From the NCBI GenBank assembly GCA_051294905.1, contig CM119384.1:10974001-11038000 (forward strand): a DNA stretch of 64,000 nucleotides, written 5' to 3'. Positions 58,413 to 64,000 of this stretch are shown here, in pieces. Within the stretch, counting starts at the first letter, position 1; each line of letters starts with the position of its first letter. The translations under genes were made by a program, and so were the position numbers. The notes under the pieces are model-generated. The model saw only the letters and a list, made by a program, of their open reading frames with translations. It was not told the DNA's origin and ran no database searches. Origin of the DNA: Botryllus schlosseri (Eukaryota).

Positions 58413-61400
58413 CTACGAATTCTCCTTTAGAGTCGAGAGCAAAGTGGACCCAAGACTGAGCGAAATCGGCGTGCGGCGTGAGCCTGGAAGCTGCAGCAGC
58501 ACGGTAGGAACACACAAGTTCGATTTGGTCGTTTCGCAAGCGATGATGGAAGGTTCCTTCACGCGATAACGATCCACGCCGCCGGAGGCCTTGAAACGAC
58601 GCGACGAGTGACCCCTTTGTAGTATACTGCCAAAAGTGGCTGGTTGTTTGAAGCTGACTCTTTTCGAGACTGACGCGACTCTGCTTGTTTCGGGATGGTT
58701 TTGCACGCCGTCTGCTTTCCGTGGGTTGTATTTCGCCGTGGAGTTTAGAAGCGGGATATCGATCATCCCGCTGTCCTGCTCCCGATGGAAGACGGTGACG
58801 GGCTGCTTGCATACTATTCTAAAAGGGGTTGGGAAGCGATTATAATGAGACCTGAAGGGTCATAAGATCTCAGGCAGATGTTTATAACAGAGGTTGGTAC
58901 ACAGTCCTCATTGTTAAGATTTGTACTCATTTTGAAGGGCTAAGTCTTATCAAGCTAGATTGTCCTTATTTTTGACACTCCGGTCGTGATTATGACTGGA
59001 CGAAATTGATGACCTTTTTTTAGTTATCAGTTTACCAAAAAGGTAATGAACAGATGGTATTAGGGCCGGGTGAAGGTGTTTTTCAATCCTCAGATTACAA
59101 ATTCGCGGTTAAACCAATTAGAATTTTTGGTTGTCTGTACTTTTTGATCCATGTCAATGGCAGCCATGTTTATAACTCCTAGCTCCTTCGGGAAGCAATT
59201 AATAGTTGGATCAGCAATTTGAACAATCTTGAGTTTCTTAATTTGCACCCCTACATAGTAATCGGGGGCGAGATGTGAAAACCTTTCACTAGAGTTCCGA
59301 AAGCAAAAGATAATAGTCAAAATCGTTGGAACGGCTATCCTAATGACTTGGATGTTTGAATTCTTTCTGTAATGCTCTGTAGCAGGGGCTTTTAAACTGG
59401 GATCTGCAGACTAGTTTTAAATGGTTCGTGAAAAGCCAAAGCTGAAAACACAACTATAAACTGCATGGTTTGTTATATATAAGATTTCCTCTCATTGACT
59501 GTGAAGCGAGCTCGGCGGGAGTGTTGACCAAATCTTCGGAAAAGGGCACACACGAAAAATGGAGACAAAGAGCGGTAAAAATTAAACGCTCACTTGGTTC
59601 TGAAATTCAGGGAAGTGGGGACAATGGAAAACGAGGTGGTCGCGTTTTCGACGGGGGCGCTTTCGATTAGCGTAGAAACGTTAAATTGCAATTCGCAACG
59701 TGATGTTCCCGTCTTCTTCATCGCCGGCTTTGCGTAAAACTTTCTTTCGTCAAACATGATATTCACGGTGGCGAACGGCCGTCTGAAAAAACGAAAAATA
59801 CAGGTTCACCCGTCCACCGGAAAAGGATAAGGTACTAGAGTTCATAGCCCTGGTTCTAAAACGGTCTGCAGGTACAGGAAAACTATCTGCGGTTATGTAT
59901 CTGACGGGTGTCAACCCAGAGCAATATCCTCCAGCATCATTACATATGTATAAGGTTATTTACCGAGATGGTCGGTGAATCTCCCACCGGTTTTATTGAT
60001 TCCACTTCCGACTTTTATAGTAAAAATGGTTACCTGAGACATTTAGTATTTTGTAAGCATCAAGTTCTCTTCTATGCATCATTTTACGAGTAAAATTGGA
60101 AGGTAATATAGCAATAGCATTTCCGATATAACAGCAGAAAATCAGGGTTGTAACCAAGTCACAAGGTTCCGAGTCACAAGTCAATCTCTCTTTTTATAGT
60201 TTTGACTCGAGTCAAGTCTACTCATTTTCAATTCAGTCCAGGTCAACTAATAGAGGGTAATGTCCGAGTCATAGTGTTTTGACTCGAGTCCAAGTCATTA
60301 GGGTCACTATTCAGTGTTGAGTTCTCAGCTTAATTCAGTTTAACCTACTTCGTCAACTATGCTCAAGTGGTATAGAATGGCTCGCATTCATAATATAGTC
60401 CTTTTCCTCAGTCTTAACAGTTTCTGGCCCTATTTTCCAAGTATCAGGACTGATAGACAAAATACCAACAATGTGATACAGTCAGTAACTTTACTATTCT
60501 TTGAAGTTACAATGAAATGTCTGTCTTGGCCGTCCTAGTCTCGAGTCACATGACCTGGTTCGAGTCATGCACAATTACATATTACGATACCTCGCTCATA
60601 CGTCTACAAGCAAATGTCAGAGAGTTCAGAGAATGTGTTCACACATGCCTGAATCCTAAACCTAACACCAGAGGCAGTCAGACTAGTCAGTGCCAGGTAC
60701 TCAAGTCGACGCAGAAGTAACGTCTTAAATTTCTACTTTCTACTTAATTACAAGAAGTAGCGATTTCTGAGATATGCCAAAACTACTCCAAGAACAGGTA
60801 GAACGTGAGAAGTCTGAAAATTACCTGACGAAGCAGCTTCAAAAATTAGATTCCGTCGAGGTGTCACAAAATTTTAGCAGCAAATCGGAGGTGGCCGCTT
60901 TCACGATTGAAAGACGCGGCCAACACAATATGAATAATGACGACAATGCAAACAGGCGTATGGTTCCAAAGAGTTCGGAGTTCCCATCATGCAGGAGCTA
61001 TTTCACTTTCATGTCAAGACAATGTCACCCGAAAATCTATCCAAAGCGTAAAAAGTGAGTAGTCATGCTTCAAAATTAGAGGAAATAGACGAATAGACAA
61101 TTCTGCACGAGTATTCAAAAGAGTACTTAGCTACTGGCCATCTACGCGAGTACCTCCAAGACGCGAGAATGCAAAAACTCACTTGGCCATATGTTGCATT
61201 CGGAAGCTCTGCTCGCGATGAGCTCTCTGGACGTTCAACGCGTCTTTGATTTTCAGACAGATCATCGCCGCGCTCAGGGCGAGCACAAAGCATGAGAAGA
61301 AAGTGCTGAAGAACACAAACAGGTCCATGTTCGTCTGATCCTGGAAATGACCGCACGAAATCAAGCAAGCGGTTTACATTCAAGTTTTTTACAAACAACT

Positions 61401-63386
61401 TTTGTTATCTGATTAGACTCTCTTTATGGATACGGATTTTTGTCTCACACGGATTTATCATCACACAGGGAGCATTGAGACCGACATAGTTTCGCGGTTC
61501 ATTCGCTTAATAACAAATTCATTGGTTCTAAACATTACACGGACGCAATGATGCGAAACGACGGTTTGATGAACAAGGGGATAAAAGTACCAAATGGGGT
61601 GATTGGGAGGCGAAAATGTTAGAACGTCCTAACGTCCAGCGAGGTATATATAATTAACACCGACAAAAAATGCACGTGAAGATGGCTTGTTCTGGATATG
61701 ACGCGTAAGTTGACTAAAAATAAACGTAAACTCAGCGGAAAGTAAACGCAAAAACCGGTTTTAGGAGCACCTACTCGGAAAAATTCCCCTATTTTTTTAG
61801 TCAATTCACCAGCGATAGGAGTTGGGCGAATAAATTTCACGTTTCTATGTCCGCTTTTTCGGATCGGTAAATACGGGGGCAAAAAGTTGTGTCGAGCTTG
61901 ATAAGGGGGCGATGAGTCGAAAAAGGTTGGGAACCACTGCTGTAGTTGTACAAATCAAAGTACTCTAGTTGTCCAAGTCAGGGTCCTTTGACTAACCTGA
62001 CGGAACACAAATTTCGCAGCGGCGCCGTATCTTTTCTCCTCCGCATAGAATTCCGGTTCAGGATGCCAGGTCATAGTGCTGTCATAGTCCTTCCAAGCGA
62101 TCTTCGCGTTCTGACTGATGAGCACCACAAAAAACCTGTTCATCTTCAAATCAAACTTGTCCTGTGGCACGACCACGATCAGTCTGTTTTCAACGTCGGT
62201 GATCTCGAGCGCGGTACCAGGCTCGAAAGTGACGTACGTATTGATGTCCGACGACGCTCTCACTTTAACGTGCTGCAAGTTGAAAGGCGTTGAAATCAAG
62301 GCTGTGGAGTAGTTTAGTTCAAAAATATACTTTTTTAATTTTACTGGCTGTTTGATAGTATTGTTTATGTCAGCTAAAAGACGCGGCACATCAAATTTGA
62401 CTCAACTACAACCGGTAGAAGCTTGCTACAACATACAATACATACGTAATTGAGCTTGATTTAAACCTGTAGAAGCAAAGTTATCGGGGTTTGAAAAAAT
62501 TGTACAGCGGGTAATTCTATGTAATTAATAGCAATATAATTTCCCACCGTAAATACTATATTTTCAAATCACAAATTCCCAACTCCACTAGCTTTGTTTC
62601 TATAGGCAGTATTCAGATAAAATTGTTATGTATTGCTTTTAGACAACCTTGCAAGTTCTTGGGGCAGCCGGTAGAATTCGAATCAAAGAATATTTGAATT
62701 TTTTTAAATAAATCTTTCCTACTCTAATAGCTTCGGTTCTACAGGTTGTAGTTCAACCAAATTTGATGTGCAGCGCGGTTTTAGCCAACCGAACAATTTC
62801 ATCAACTCGCCGGTAAAATTTGAAAAAGGAAGACCCCACTGTGTTGTCGTGGAGTTTTCCTAAATTTTCTCTTGACGGGGTACGAGTTGCAAAAATTTTA
62901 TAAAACTTTAGAGTCGGAGTTGATGAAACACTGGCTGGAGTAGGGGTTTGTTAAATTGCTCCGACTCCGCCTGCTTTAAAATATAACCAAATGTTCTCAA
63001 ATGTTTCTAAAAAGTACTGGTGCGGTTTGGAAGTAATGAAATTTTTCACGTAGGCGAACCTTCACAAACGGAATTTCTTTCTGTGAGCCCAAATTGTTTG
63101 AATTCATTAAAATAGGTTGAATCAGTCGGTGATAATAATAACTAAACTATAATAATCTTATCATCTTCTCAGTAGATTTACAGGAATGATGTAGTCGGAG
63201 TGGTAAAGTGAACCGACTTCACAGCCATGCTTCAAATCGTGCCGGTGGCGATGACCAATATAAAAATTTTCACCTTTGCTTTTGATGTTTGAGAGGCCGC
63301 GTGACTGCCATTGGTCGGTTCCGATCCGGATAGATCCATTCGATTCTCGGTGTGGCTGCGCATGAAAAACGACGTGAAATGTTCAA
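58413..63386 (-). CDS. MEGF8: Multiple EGF-like domains 8, 3' portion (juxtamembrane, TM, cytoplasmic tail); gene continues beyond the window end
   Basis: Exons: 63274-63386 (tentative), 61997-62272 (INTYVTFEPGTALEITDVENRLIVVVP...RFFVVL...FRQ), 61183-61340 (DQTNMDLFVFFSTFFSCF TM...MAK), 59594-59782 (RPFATVNIMF), 58413-58851 (TVLLQLPG...LGSTL, stop). These match recalled MEGF8 motifs (ITYVTV.EP...RDRL, FRQDQAHIDLFVFFSVFFSCF, MASRPFA, TLLLQLPG) better than attractin. Confidence 0.85.
60143..60575. mobile_element. GACTCGAGTC-rich MITE, copy 4, truncated, in a MEGF8 intron
   Basis: Starts CAGGGTTGTAACCAAGTCACAAG and is collinear with 55757-56130 (ATAGAATGGCTCGCATTCATAATAT; GGTTCGAGTCATGCACAAT). 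The far TIR is missing. Confidence 0.8.
61590..61939. mobile_element. Charlie-type MITE remnant (one end only)
   Basis: Terminal motif GGTTGGGAACCACTG ends at 61939. The left boundary was not identified and the start coordinate is a guess. Confidence 0.35.
62327..62832. mobile_element. Degenerate MITE with ~100-bp imperfect inverted arms, in a MEGF8 intron
   Basis: GCTAAAAGACGCGGCACATCAAATTTGACTCAACTACAACCGGTAGAA is mirrored by TTCTACAGGTTGTAGTTCAACCAAATTTGATGTGCAGCGCGGTTTTAGC. Confidence 0.7.
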
Positions 63387-64000
63387 CTAAGTGACAGCTC
63401 ATTTGCTTGACAAGGAATTTAATTCCGGTGGGTTGAATTGATACGACTGACAATGCTCATGATCGGTAAAGGTCAGGGGTTAGATTAGGTTGGGGTGGAG
63501 GTTATCAGTTGGATCAGGCTATTGTAAGTGTTAGGAGAGCTTTCGTGTCACCAGAATGATTAATCGCTCAGTTGATATACATATATACATATGATTTTTA
63601 ACATATGTGCCAGCGAGACACGGCGTTGGAATTCAACTTCCATGTGCCCGAATTGACAGAGATTATATATGGCACGAACTAACTCAACCATGAACCGCAA
63701 TGGTCTTTTCCCACACAATGCAAAGCTTTTTAGAATGGCGACATACCTGCCAGTTATGTCTCTTTTCGATCTCGCAGCGAGATATCCTTCACAGGCCACC
63801 GTTTGAGGTTCCGTTCTAGCGTAGGTGTGCCTGTAAAACGGCGATTTATTGGGATGATTTCTGCCTGCTGTTAACTTTGGAGTGATAAAACGATCAGATA
63901 TCAGAGTCCAACTTATAAATCAGAGACAGTCAGAGTAACATCGTAAATTTCTACTGAAGCACAAGTTGAAGTTGCGATTTCAAAGTAAATAATCAAGTAT

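Noticed and set aside
59090-59320. 76-aa minus-strand ORF as an extra MEGF8 exon
   Set aside because: Not needed for frame, no homology recognised, and no convincing donor.
61063-61182. 41-nt intron followed by an exon reading KWPVAKYSFEY as the MEGF8 MASRPF equivalent
   Set aside because: A far better exon (59594-59782, strong pyrimidine tract, RPFATV, correct phases) supplies the motif.
58413-63386. Calling this gene attractin (ATRN/ATRNL1)
   Set aside because: FRQDQ..DLFVFFS, TYVT.EP...RL and LLQLPG match recalled MEGF8 rather than ATRN.
63742-63832. Candidate further MEGF8 exon (HTYARTEPQTVACEGYLAARSKRDITG)
   Set aside because: It has splice signals, but its phase does not join cleanly to 63386 and I recognise no homology; left unresolved.

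Overview
Eukaryotic, intron-rich, AT-rich animal DNA. It is probably an invertebrate chordate such as a tunicate; this is inferred from vertebrate-like DLG1 and PTK7 exon layouts and several 57-64 bp introns. Four spliced genes lie on the minus strand, and all introns traced by hand are GT-AG with consistent phases. DLG1 is complete (23 coding exons, ~874 aa), PTK7 is complete (23 exons, ~1116 aa, seven Ig domains plus a pseudokinase), LMAN1/ERGIC-53 is complete (12 exons, ~515 aa, KKFF tail), and MEGF8 is represented by its 3' end only. Roughly 11-12 kb of the non-coding DNA is non-autonomous DNA transposons. Eight of these have 8-bp target-site duplications (hAT-like), one is a near-perfect 619-bp foldback, and one GACTCGAGTC-rich family has four copies. 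A tRNA-derived SINE and a probable LINE remnant are also present. No prokaryotic-type system, CRISPR array, rRNA or intact tRNA was seen. The most intriguing unexplained features are a ~950-bp degenerate palindrome upstream of PTK7 whose arms keep a stem-loop with compensatory changes, a BET ET-domain-like fragment inside an intronic element, and the apparent loss of the post-PDZ3 helix in DLG1. All coordinates and alignments were done by eye, and reference protein sequences are recalled, not searched.
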